64,000 bases of DNA from assembly GCA_020635725.1 (NCBI GenBank), contig JACJZF010000010.1:74061-138060 (forward strand). Reading direction: 5' to 3'. Position numbers and translations under genes: made by a program. Of this stretch, positions 9,679 to 17,593 are shown one piece after another. The first letter of the stretch is position 1. Each line of letters starts with the position of its first letter. Origin of the DNA: Flavobacteriales bacterium. GTDB lineage: Bacteria; Bacteroidota; Bacteroidia; Flavobacteriales_F; PHOS-HE28. Under the pieces are notes generated by a model that ran no database searches, was not told the origin of the DNA, and saw only the letters and a list, made by a program, of their open reading frames with translations.

Positions 9679-10127
9679 CAGCACCGGAGCAGCGCCTGAT
9701 GCCGATGGTCGCGATGCAGCCAGAGGCCAGCTGTTCAGCCTGTAGCGTGGAGATGGTATACGCCGCACCGGAATTCATGTGGGGTGAAAATAGAAAGCGT
9801 CCTCACGAAATCAAAGAATTGTCAATAAGTACTTAGGCGGGACTTTCAGGCAAACGGGACACTTCCGCCAACTGATCCGCTCGAGATTCGGACAATGGCG
9901 CCGTCAGATGCAGGCGCGTGAATGGCGCACGACATTGAGTATTAGTGAACGAATCGGGCACGCCGATCAGGAGCAGGCCGTGGTTCTAGATCTGGAAAAC
10001 CTTACCCGCGCCTTGAGCTGCCAATGACGTCGACGATGACGGGGTCACTTCGCACAGGCTGCGTGCGCAATTGGACGTAATCAGCGCATTCCGCGTTCCC
10101 CACGCCTCTGCGTGAAACCTTAGTCTC

Positions 10128-10168
10128 CCCTACCCTTCCTTCCAACTCGGCGGCAGCCCCTGCTCGAT
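10128..10168. repeat. 41-bp direct repeat, left copy (orphan copy of the epimerase gene 3' end)
   Basis: ccctacccttccttccaactcggcggcagcccctgctcgat matches 10699..10739 at 38 of 41 positions. On the minus strand it still reads IEQGLPPSWKEG-stop. Confidence 0.9.
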
Positions 10169-10204
10169 TCATGCTCTGAGCATACCAGCAGTTGTCCGTG
10201 ACTC

Positions 10205-10672
10205 CTATCGGAAATAACGTTCTAACTTCTGGCCGACCGCTTGGGAAGTTGGGGTAAAGACCTGCAGCACCAAGTCGAGGTGTTCTTTCATGAACGCTGG
10301 TGAGTCAAGCTTGTCGACCCATGGCATAAGCGTATTTAACAACGCATCGTCGAATTCACTGACGAGCGCGGATGGACTAGGATATGCTTCTGGCAAGATT
10401 GAAGGGTGGAACTGCGGATGCAAGCTTCCAAGTTGACTTAGCAAGTGACAGCTTAACTCCTTCTTCGGCATACGCCACGGGCTTTCTTGCAATCCTGGAT
10501 AGAACACAGCGATGTCACAGAGTATCGCATCATACTTCGTGTGTCGCCGAATGCTCAGGGCAGACAAAGAGATTGATCCGACGTGCTCGAAACGCTTGGC
10601 TTTCCACTGAAATCCATGCTTCGGGGGCAGCTGCTTCAGCAACTCGATTGTGCTTGCCAAGTCAGACATCAA
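10205..10672 (-). CDS. hypothetical protein (low-GC orphan ORF between the direct repeats)
   Basis: 155-aa ORF with no recognisable catalytic motif. Visibly lower GC than its flanks. No competing ORFs on other frames, which is unusual for this genome and supports real coding potential. Confidence 0.6.
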   Translation of the reverse strand: MMSDLASTIELLKQLPPKHGFQWKAKRFEHVGSISLSALSIRRHTKYDAILCDIAVFYPGLQESPWRMPKKELSCHLLSQLGSLHPQFHPSILPEAYPSPSALVSEFDDALLNTLMPWVDKLDSPAFMKEHLDLVLQVFTPTSQAVGQKLERYFR

Positions 10673-10698
10673 CTCTACTGGAGCTACTTGAACGCATG

Positions 10699-10739
10699 CC
10701 CTATCCCTCCTTCCAACTCGGCGGCAGTCCCTGCTCGAT
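10699..10739. repeat. 41-bp direct repeat, right copy (functional 3' end of the epimerase gene)
   Basis: ccctatccctccttccaactcggcggcagtccctgctcgat. Contains the last 12 codons and the TAG stop of the 10701..11696 gene. Confidence 0.9.
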
Positions 10740-11696
10740 CTCGATATTGCTGAACTTGCCGCTGGCGCGCGCGCCGGTGGCCTTGGCCCAGGGCGCCATG
10801 CGGGCCAGGCCTTCCGCCAAGGTGGTCTCGCGCCGCTTGCCGAAGATGCGCTCCACCTTGCTGTGATCGCTGAAAGCGAAAACCACTTCGTTGCGGGCCT
10901 GGAGATGGTTCACCTCGCCGTGTAGCTCCATGGCCTCCTGCACGAGATCGGCCAGTTGGTTCACGGTGTAGGGCGTATCGGCACCCACGTTGAAGACCTC
11001 GCCGTAGGCTGAGGGCGTCTCGGCCGCCACGGCCATGATGGGCGCGATATCGCCGATGTAGGTGAAGGCCCGCTGCTGCTCGCCATCGCCGAAGATGCTC
11101 ATCGGCTTGCCCTGCATCAGCTGGTTCATGAAGATGCCGATGACGTTGCGGTAGCGGTCGCCGATGTTCTGGTACTCGCCGTACACGTTGTGCGGACGGA
11201 AGACGACGTACTCCAAGCCGAACATGTGGCGCGCGGCATAGAGGTCCATCTCCACGGCGAGCTTGGCCACGCCGTAGGGATCCTCCGGCTTGGGCACCAT
11301 GTCCTCGCGCATGGGCGGCTGCAAGGCGCCGTACACCGCGATGCTGCTGGTGAAGACGAAGCACTTCACCCCATGGCGCACGCTGGCGTTGATGAGGTTG
11401 ATGCTGCCGATGAGGTTGTTGTTGTAGTTGAAGCGGCGGATGAAGTGGCTGAGGCCTTCGGCGGCATAGGCCGCGAGATGATACACGTAGGAGAAGCGGT
11501 GCTCCGCGAAGAGGCGCTCCACCAATTCGTGGTCGTTGATGGAGCCGTGGACGAAGCTGGCGCGTGGGTCCACCTGGTCGGCGAAGCCGCCGCTGAGGTC
11601 GTCGAGGGCGACGACGGTGTGGCCCATGGACAAGAGTTCCTTCACGAGGTGGGCGCCCATGAAGCCGGCGCCGCCGGTAACTAAGGAAACAGGCAT
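10701..11696 (-). CDS. NAD-dependent epimerase/dehydratase (UDP-sugar 4-epimerase-like SDR)
   Basis: 331 aa starting at MPVSLVTGGAGFMGAHL (Rossmann GxxGxxG), with catalytic YGVAK (YxxxK). This is the only credible part of the 1056-aa track ORF 10701..13871. Confidence 0.9.
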   Translation of the reverse strand: MPVSLVTGGAGFMGAHLVKELLSMGHTVVALDDLSGGFADQVDPRASFVHGSINDHELVERLFAEHRFSYVYHLAAYAAEGLSHFIRRFNYNNNLIGSINLINASVRHGVKCFVFTSSIAVYGALQPPMREDMVPKPEDPYGVAKLAVEMDLYAARHMFGLEYVVFRPHNVYGEYQNIGDRYRNVIGIFMNQLMQGKPMSIFGDGEQQRAFTYIGDIAPIMAVAAETPSAYGEVFNVGADTPYTVNQLADLVQEAMELHGEVNHLQARNEVVFAFSDHSKVERIFGKRRETTLAEGLARMAPWAKATGARASGKFSNIEIEQGLPPSWKEG

Positions 11697-12035
11697 GGTT
11701 CGGTGTTCGTCGGCAAAGATCCCGCTTTGGCGGGACAAGTTGCGCAAGGAAGACGAGGCGGCACCGGCGCGGCTGCCGGAGGGTTGTGTCTCCGTTCGAA
11801 GTGTGAATCGACCGTTGAGCGCCGTCCAAGGTCTTCGCATCGCGTCACCCCGGGCAATGGGAGGCTCGGCGACCGAGACCCGGGGTCTCACCAATGCCCT
11901 GCGCGGCTCGGCATAGGTGAGACACCGGATGGCCAGTACGAGCGAGCTCTGCTCGCCTGGCCTCCGGCGTGACGATGGGTCGTGCAACCAAACTGAGGCA
12001 TTACCTGCCGGAGCCGTCCGGCTATCTTGGCCGCC

Positions 12036-13874
12036 ATGGCCGGCCGCCTGTTCCCGCGCTGGGGCATCCTCGTCATCGACCTGGTGCTCTGCCTCATCGC
12101 GCTGTGCGCTGCCTATCTGCTGCGTTTCAATTTCCAGGTGCCCCCCCACGAGGTGGACCTGCTGATGCCCGTGCTGCCACTCTTCCTGCTGGTGCGCGGG
12201 GCCAGTTTCCTGATCGCCGGCATACCGCGCATCATGGTGCGCCACACCAGCACCGAGGATGCCCGCCGGCTCTTCCTCACCGTGCTCGGCGGCTCGTTGG
12301 CGCTCGGCCTGGTGAACGTGCTGCGCTACTACCTCTTCGACGGCGCCTACTTCCTGCCGCGGGCGGTCATCATCATCGATTTCATGGCCACCGCCATGCT
12401 CATCATCTCGGTCCGCATCGGATTCAAGCTGCTGCACCTGCGCAGCCGTGGCGCGGGCAAGGAACGCGTGCGCGTGATCATACACGGTGCTGGCGAGGCG
12501 GGCCTGATCACGAAGCGCACCTTGGAGCGCGAGGGCACGGCCAAGTACGAGGTGGTCGCCTTCATCGATGACGATGCGCGCAAGGCCGGGAAGCGATTGG
12601 AGGGCGTGCTGATCCATCCGGCTTCGCGGATCAGCGCGCTGCTGGCCGAGGGGAATGTCGATCAGGTCATCATCGCCATGGCCAAAGCCGACCCCGAGCA
12701 TCGCCGTGTGGTGGTGGATGCGTGCATCGCCGCCAAGGTGCGCGTGCTCACGATCCCGCCTGTGAACGATTGGATCAATGGCCAGCTCAGTGCCGGCCAG
12801 ATCCAGGAGGTGCGTATCGAGGACCTGCTTGGGCGCCCGGTGATCCATCTGGAGCAGGAATCGGTGCGGCAGCTGCTGCTCGATAAGCGGGTGCTGGTCA
12901 CCGGCGCCGCAGGGAGCATCGGCAGCGAGCTCGTGCGCCAGCTCAGCACCATGGGCACTTCCGCGCTCATCCTGGTCGATATCGCCGAGAGCGGCCTCTA
13001 CGATGTGCAGATGGAGCTCGCCGGGCGTGGCATCGGCGATCACCTGCGCGTGCTGGTGGCCGATGTGCGCGATGCCGCGCGCATGGAAGAGGTCTTCGCC
13101 ACCGAGAAGCCGCAAGTGGTCTTCCATGCCGCCGCATACAAGCACGTGCCGTTGATGGAGGCGCAGCCCGAGGAGGCCATCCGCACGAACGTGGGCGGCA
13201 CGCGCAACCTGGCACGGCTGGCCTGCGCGCACGGCGTGGAGCGCTTCGTGCTCATCAGCACCGACAAGGCCGTGAACCCCACGAGCGTGATGGGTGCCAG
13301 CAAGCGCGCGGCCGAGATGGTGGTCGGCGGCATCGCGCAAGTGTGCTCCACGGTCTTCGTCACCACACGCTTCGGCAACGTGCTGGGCAGCAGCGGCTCG
13401 GTGATTCCCCTTTTCCGCAGGCAGATCGAGGCCGGCGGACCGGTCACGGTGACGCATCGGGAGGTGACGCGCTTCTTCATGACCATCCCCGAGGCCTGCC
13501 GACTGGTGCTGGAAGCCTCTGCCATGGGCCAGGGCGGCGAGATCTACGTGTTCGACATGGGACAGCCCGTCCGCATCGCCGACCTCGCCGATAAGATGAT
13601 CCGCCTCAGCGGCATGGAACCCGGTACCGACATCGAAGTGGTGTACACCGGCCTGCGACCCGGCGAGAAGCTCTATGAGGAATTGCTGGCGAGCAGCGAG
13701 AACACCCGCCCCACGCATCACCCCCGCATCCTTATCGGACAAGTGGCGGCGGTGGATGCCGATGAGGTGCAACGGCGAGTCGATGAATTGCTGCAGCTGC
13801 GGAACCACGATGTGGTGAAGGCTCTCAAAGCCATGATCCCGGAGTACGGGCCCGAGAACGGCCAGGGACATTGA
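12036..13874 (+). CDS. membrane-anchored polysaccharide biosynthesis protein, CapD/PglF/WbpM-like NDP-sugar 4,6-dehydratase
   Basis: Four N-terminal TM helices, two Rossmann regions (VIIHGAGEAG; VLVTGAAGSIGSEL), YKHVPLME and STDKAVNPTSVMGASKR motifs. ATG at 12036, with an alternative TTG at 12027. Confidence 0.9.
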   Translation: MAGRLFPRWGILVIDLVLCLIALCAAYLLRFNFQVPPHEVDLLMPVLPLFLLVRGASFLIAGIPRIMVRHTSTEDARRLFLTVLGGSLALGLVNVLRYYLFDGAYFLPRAVIIIDFMATAMLIISVRIGFKLLHLRSRGAGKERVRVIIHGAGEAGLITKRTLEREGTAKYEVVAFIDDDARKAGKRLEGVLIHPASRISALLAEGNVDQVIIAMAKADPEHRRVVVDACIAAKVRVLTIPPVNDWINGQLSAGQIQEVRIEDLLGRPVIHLEQESVRQLLLDKRVLVTGAAGSIGSELVRQLSTMGTSALILVDIAESGLYDVQMELAGRGIGDHLRVLVADVRDAARMEEVFATEKPQVVFHAAAYKHVPLMEAQPEEAIRTNVGGTRNLARLACAHGVERFVLISTDKAVNPTSVMGASKRAAEMVVGGIAQVCSTVFVTTRFGNVLGSSGSVIPLFRRQIEAGGPVTVTHREVTRFFMTIPEACRLVLEASAMGQGGEIYVFDMGQPVRIADLADKMIRLSGMEPGTDIEVVYTGLRPGEKLYEELLASSENTRPTHHPRILIGQVAAVDADEVQRRVDELLQLRNHDVVKALKAMIPEYGPENGQGH

Positions 13875-13926
13875 TCAACCCTTCTCCGGCAGACGCAGGT
13901 AACTTCGCCGCCTCATCACGCGCAGC

Positions 13927-14328
13927 ATGACGAAGGATCCGAATCTTGAGATCGCCCGGTTGCAGAAAGAGATCGGCGGCTACATCGGCATGGGCAAGGA
14001 CAGCCTGGTCTTCAACTTCGATGCGAAGGGCAAGAAGACCCAGTTGCACCTGATCACGCTGAACCCGCGCCACAACCAGAGCTTCCTTTTCCACGATACC
14101 GTGGGCAGCGACAAGCTCGACGCGCTGCGCGAGATGCTCGAGTACGTGAAGACTTATAAGGAGCGCACGAGCAGCTACACCATCCAGTGGAGCGCGCGCG
14201 GCGACAACGGCCTGCAGACCTCCTACTTCCGCGCGAAGAACGTGCTGGAGGCCCTGGACAAGCTCTTCTACGACCGCGACCCGAACAGCATCACGGTCTT
14301 CAGCGTCATGCTGAATCCCATTACCTAG
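13927..14328 (+). CDS. hypothetical protein
   Basis: 133-aa ORF, clean frame with ATG start. No motif I can name. Confidence 0.55.
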   Translation: MTKDPNLEIARLQKEIGGYIGMGKDSLVFNFDAKGKKTQLHLITLNPRHNQSFLFHDTVGSDKLDALREMLEYVKTYKERTSSYTIQWSARGDNGLQTSYFRAKNVLEALDKLFYDRDPNSITVFSVMLNPIT

Positions 14329-14333
14329 TTGGT

Positions 14334-14383
14334 GGTTGTCCGTTCCCTGTTGTTAGAAGCCTGACAACGAACAACGGACAACC
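14334..14383 (+). terminator. long GC-rich stem-loop between the hypothetical gene and selU (terminator or regulatory hairpin)
   Basis: ggttgtccgtt (14334-14344) pairs perfectly with aacggacaacc (14373-14383). An inner gttgt/acaac helix surrounds a ~10-nt loop. No clear T-tract follows. Confidence 0.4.
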
Positions 14384-14400
14384 GCATCATTGCCAGCACG

Positions 14401-15429
14401 ATGGTCAAGTCGCTCGAGATTGAGGAGTTCCTCCAGCGGACGACACCCATCATCGATGTGCGCTCGCCCAAGGAGTTCGCGCAGGGGCATATCCCTGGAG
14501 CTCATTCGTTGCCGCTCTTCACCGATGAGGAGCGCGCCGTGGTGGGCACCTTGTACAAGCAGCAGAGCCGTGATGCAGCGGTGCTCGAAGGCCTGCGCAT
14601 CGTAGGCCCGAAACTCGCCGGCATCGTTGAGGAGGCACGTAGCATCGCCCCCGACGGCCGCATCCGTGTGCATTGCTGGCGCGGCGGTGAGCGCAGCGGC
14701 AGCGTGGCCTGGCTGCTCGATAAGGCCGGCTTCGCCGAGGTGCAGACCCTTCGGCGCGGGTACAAGGGCTTCCGTAACCATGTCCTCGCCTCCTTCCATG
14801 AACCGATTGACCTGCTGGTGCTCGGCGGCTACACCGGCACCGGTAAGACCGAGACCCTGCGTCATCTCCATCTGCTCGGCGAGCAGGTGATCGACCTCGA
14901 AGGACTCGCGCGCCACAAGGGTTCTTCCTTCGGCGCGTTGGGCGAGGAGCCACAGCCGAGCACCGAGCATTTCGAGAACCTGCTTTGGGCCGCGATCGCT
15001 TCGACAAAGCGTGGCCGCCCCGTGTGGGTGGAAGACGAGAGTGTGATGATCGGGCGATGCAAGATCCCGCAGGCCTTCTTCGACCACATGCGCGGCGCGG
15101 TGCTCTATTTCGCGGAGATGCCGCAACAGGAACGCGCGGAGCGCCTGGTGGCGGACTACGGCAAGTACCCGAAGGAGCAGCTCGCCGAGGCCATCAAGCG
15201 CATCGAGAAGCGCATAGGCCCGCAGCATTGCAAGGCCGCGCTGCAAGCGCTGGAGGAAGGCGACCTGCGCACGGTGGCCTTGCTCACCCTGAGGTATTAC
15301 GATAAGGCATACTTGCAAGGCGCAGCGCAACGCGATCAATCGAACGTAAAACCGATACCGGTGAACAAGTCCGATTTTCCCTTCTTGGCAATTCAATTGA
15401 AGAACGCATGCCAGACCCCATCCGCCTGA
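14401..15429 (+). CDS. selU: tRNA 2-selenouridine synthase
   Basis: N-terminal rhodanese domain with active-site CWRGGERS and a P-loop GGYTGTGKT. Length and order match SelU/MnmH. Confidence 0.9.
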   Translation: MVKSLEIEEFLQRTTPIIDVRSPKEFAQGHIPGAHSLPLFTDEERAVVGTLYKQQSRDAAVLEGLRIVGPKLAGIVEEARSIAPDGRIRVHCWRGGERSGSVAWLLDKAGFAEVQTLRRGYKGFRNHVLASFHEPIDLLVLGGYTGTGKTETLRHLHLLGEQVIDLEGLARHKGSSFGALGEEPQPSTEHFENLLWAAIASTKRGRPVWVEDESVMIGRCKIPQAFFDHMRGAVLYFAEMPQQERAERLVADYGKYPKEQLAEAIKRIEKRIGPQHCKAALQALEEGDLRTVALLTLRYYDKAYLQGAAQRDQSNVKPIPVNKSDFPFLAIQLKNACQTPSA

Positions 15430-16448
15430 CCCAATACAGCCACGGTGCAGGCTGCGGATGCAAGATCGCGCCAGCCGTGCTGGAGCAGGTGCTAAAGAGC
15501 GAGCTCGGCACTTTCCCGGATCCGCGGCTGCTGGTGGGCTATGGCTCGAAGGATGATGCCGCGGTGTACGACATCGGCCAGGGGCGCGCGCTGATCAGCA
15601 CCACCGACTTCTTCTCCCCCATCGTCGATGACGCGTTCGACTTCGGCCGCATCGCCGCCACCAATGCCCTGAGCGATGTGTATGCCATGGGCGGCCGGCC
15701 CCTGCTCGCGGTGGCCATCCTGGGCTGGCCGGTGGAGAAGCTGCCCGCGGAACTGGCCGCGCGCGTGCTCGATGGCGGTCGCACCGCCTGCCATGAGGCG
15801 GGCATCGCGCTCGCCGGCGGGCACAGCATCGATGCGCCTGAGCCCTTCTTCGGACTGGCCGTAACGGGCGAAGCGCCCATCGCGAATGTGAAGCGGAACG
15901 ATACGGCCAAGCCCGGCGATGCTCTGCTGATCACGAAACCCATCGGTCTCGGGATCCTGGCCACGGCCATGAAGCGGGGGCTCATGAAGCCGGAACATGC
16001 CGCCATCGGAACAACGGTCATGAGTTCCTTGAACCGGGCCGGGCAAGCGCTGGGTGCGCTGAAAAGCGTGCACGCGATGACGGATGTCACGGGCTTCGGC
16101 CTGCTCGGACATGTGATCGAGCTCTGCGAAGGAAGCGGTTTGAGCGCCGAAATCGTCTTCGACCGCGTGCCGGTGATCAGCGAGGCACGACCGTATCTCG
16201 CGGCGGGCGCCTACCCCGATGGCAGCTTCCGCAACTGGAAATCGTACTCCACGAAGGTGCAGGGCGCATCGGACATGGAACGGATGATGCTGCTGAGCGA
16301 TCCCCAGACCAGCGGCGGGCTATTGATCGCCTGCTCGCGCGAAAACGTGGAGGAAGTGATCGCGACATGTTCGATTGACGGACAAAAAGCGACCGTGATC
16401 GGAGAAATGCGCGCATTCGTCGATACGAATCGCGTATTCGTTCATTGA
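15408..16448 (+). CDS. selD: selenide, water dikinase (Cys-type)
   Basis: N-terminal SHGAGCGCKI motif encoded with TGC codons, so there is no in-frame TGA. AIR-synthase-like fold motifs DDAAVY and TDFF. 22-nt overlap with selU. Confidence 0.9.
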   Translation: MPDPIRLTQYSHGAGCGCKIAPAVLEQVLKSELGTFPDPRLLVGYGSKDDAAVYDIGQGRALISTTDFFSPIVDDAFDFGRIAATNALSDVYAMGGRPLLAVAILGWPVEKLPAELAARVLDGGRTACHEAGIALAGGHSIDAPEPFFGLAVTGEAPIANVKRNDTAKPGDALLITKPIGLGILATAMKRGLMKPEHAAIGTTVMSSLNRAGQALGALKSVHAMTDVTGFGLLGHVIELCEGSGLSAEIVFDRVPVISEARPYLAAGAYPDGSFRNWKSYSTKVQGASDMERMMLLSDPQTSGGLLIACSRENVEEVIATCSIDGQKATVIGEMRAFVDTNRVFVH

Positions 16449-16509
16449 GGAGAGCGATCCCTCGTATTGAGCTAGCTTAGCCGCCTCACATTCAATTCAA
16501 CAGTAAAGC

Positions 16510-17088
16510 ATGGCACTTACCCGATTGAAGAAGGATGAGCTCGACCGACTGCTGGGCGAGTTCTTCGCAGAGCGCCGCCTGCTCATGTACAAGCTGGATC
16601 GTGTGCGCGAAGCGATCACCGAGCTCAAGGATCTGAAGGAGAAGAAATCGGGTGGCGACGAGGAGACGGAAGGGGGCCAAGTGGTCAAACGGGGCCCCGG
16701 CAGGCCGCCTGGAACGGGCAAGAGTGAGACCCGCCGCCGCCGCAAGCGTGGCCGGCCTCGGAAGCGCCGCGTGGAAGGCGGGTACCGGCTGAATGATTGG
16801 GATTACATGGTCTCCGAGGCCATCACCTCGGCGAAACGCCTGCTCACCAAGCAGGAACTCCTTGACCATGCCATCGTGTGGGCCAAGAAGAACCATCCCA
16901 CCATGCGGGCCGATGACGTGGAACATAAGCTCACCCGCACCCTGGTGAAGCTCACCGGCAAGCGCGGCGTGCTCGGAAAGCACCGCAGCGGTAAGATGCG
17001 CGGCCTCCATTACGGGATCATCGACTGGTTCTTCCATGGCAAGCTTCGCCAGGAGCACAAGGGCAAGGTGATCCTCGAGAAGGAGTAG
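16510..17088 (+). CDS. basic DNA-binding protein with two AT-hook motifs
   Basis: 192 aa. N-terminal coiled-coil-like segment, KRGPGRPPG and RRKRGRPRKRR (RGRP cores), then a C-terminal ~90-aa domain with a winged-helix-like pattern. Confidence 0.7.
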   Translation: MALTRLKKDELDRLLGEFFAERRLLMYKLDRVREAITELKDLKEKKSGGDEETEGGQVVKRGPGRPPGTGKSETRRRRKRGRPRKRRVEGGYRLNDWDYMVSEAITSAKRLLTKQELLDHAIVWAKKNHPTMRADDVEHKLTRTLVKLTGKRGVLGKHRSGKMRGLHYGIIDWFFHGKLRQEHKGKVILEKE

Positions 17089-17146
17089 CCCGGGCCTCAG
17101 CGACGAGCCGGGTTCGGCGCGGATTACCTTCACGGCACCAAGCCGC

Positions 17147-17593
17147 ATGAAGAACATCCTTGTCCCCGTGGATCTATCACCCGTCACGGACGCGGTGATG
17201 ACACATGCCCGAGCCATGGCCTCCGCTTTCGGAGCGCATGTGTGGATCATTCATGTAGCCGCTCCTGAGCCCGATTTCGTCGGGTTCCGTACCGGCCCGC
17301 AGTATGTGCGCGACCACCTGGCCGAGCAGCTGCGTAAGGAGCACACCGAGCTTCAGGCCATGGCTGCACGCTGCACGCAGGAAGGCATACGAGCCGAAGG
17401 CCTGCTCGTGCAAGGGCCAACGGCCGATACCATCGTATCGGAGGCGGCCCGATTGAAGGCTGACCTGATCATCATGGGCTCGCACGGGCATGGTGCGCTC
17501 TTCCGCGCCTTCGTCGGCAGCGTGAGCCAGCAGGTCCTGCATGAGAGCAATGTCCCGGTGATGGTGGTGCCGGCGGAAGGGCAGCGCGGTTGA
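17147..17593 (+). CDS. universal stress protein (single Usp domain)
   Basis: MKNILVPVDLS start and the C-terminal GSHGHGALFRAFVGSVSQQVLHESNVPVMVV ATP-binding motif. Confidence 0.85.
   Translation: MKNILVPVDLSPVTDAVMTHARAMASAFGAHVWIIHVAAPEPDFVGFRTGPQYVRDHLAEQLRKEHTELQAMAARCTQEGIRAEGLLVQGPTADTIVSEAARLKADLIIMGSHGHGALFRAFVGSVSQQVLHESNVPVMVVPAEGQRG

Noticed and set aside
9439-9836. Cluster of 67-98-aa ORFs around the (AG)12 repeat
   Set aside because: They mutually overlap on both strands, run through the microsatellite, and have low-complexity Arg/Ala/Pro composition. No start context or homology is evident.
10128-10739. Mini-island as a conventional IS, MITE or integrative element
   Set aside because: There are no terminal inverted repeats and no transposase or integrase ORF. 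The direct repeat is 41 bp of gene sequence rather than a short target-site duplication. It is kept as a finding but not called a mobile element.
11875-11889. 7-1-7 palindrome gagaccc-g-gggtctc in the divergent epimerase/capD promoter region
   Set aside because: A 7-bp inverted repeat is expected by chance several times in 64 kb of GC-rich DNA, and there is no second copy or flanking motif to support an operator.
10701-13871. 1056-aa ORF on the minus strand
   Set aside because: Only the last 331 codons (10701..11696) encode the epimerase. The rest has no start context or motifs. From 12036 on it is antisense to the well-supported CapD-like gene, and the part across 11697-12035 lies in the intergenic spacer. 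This is a typical high-GC shadow ORF.
14334-14383. Hairpin upstream of selU as a SECIS element
   Set aside because: SECIS elements lie immediately 3' of an in-frame UGA. SelD here uses TGC Cys, and there is no in-frame TGA in selU or selD.
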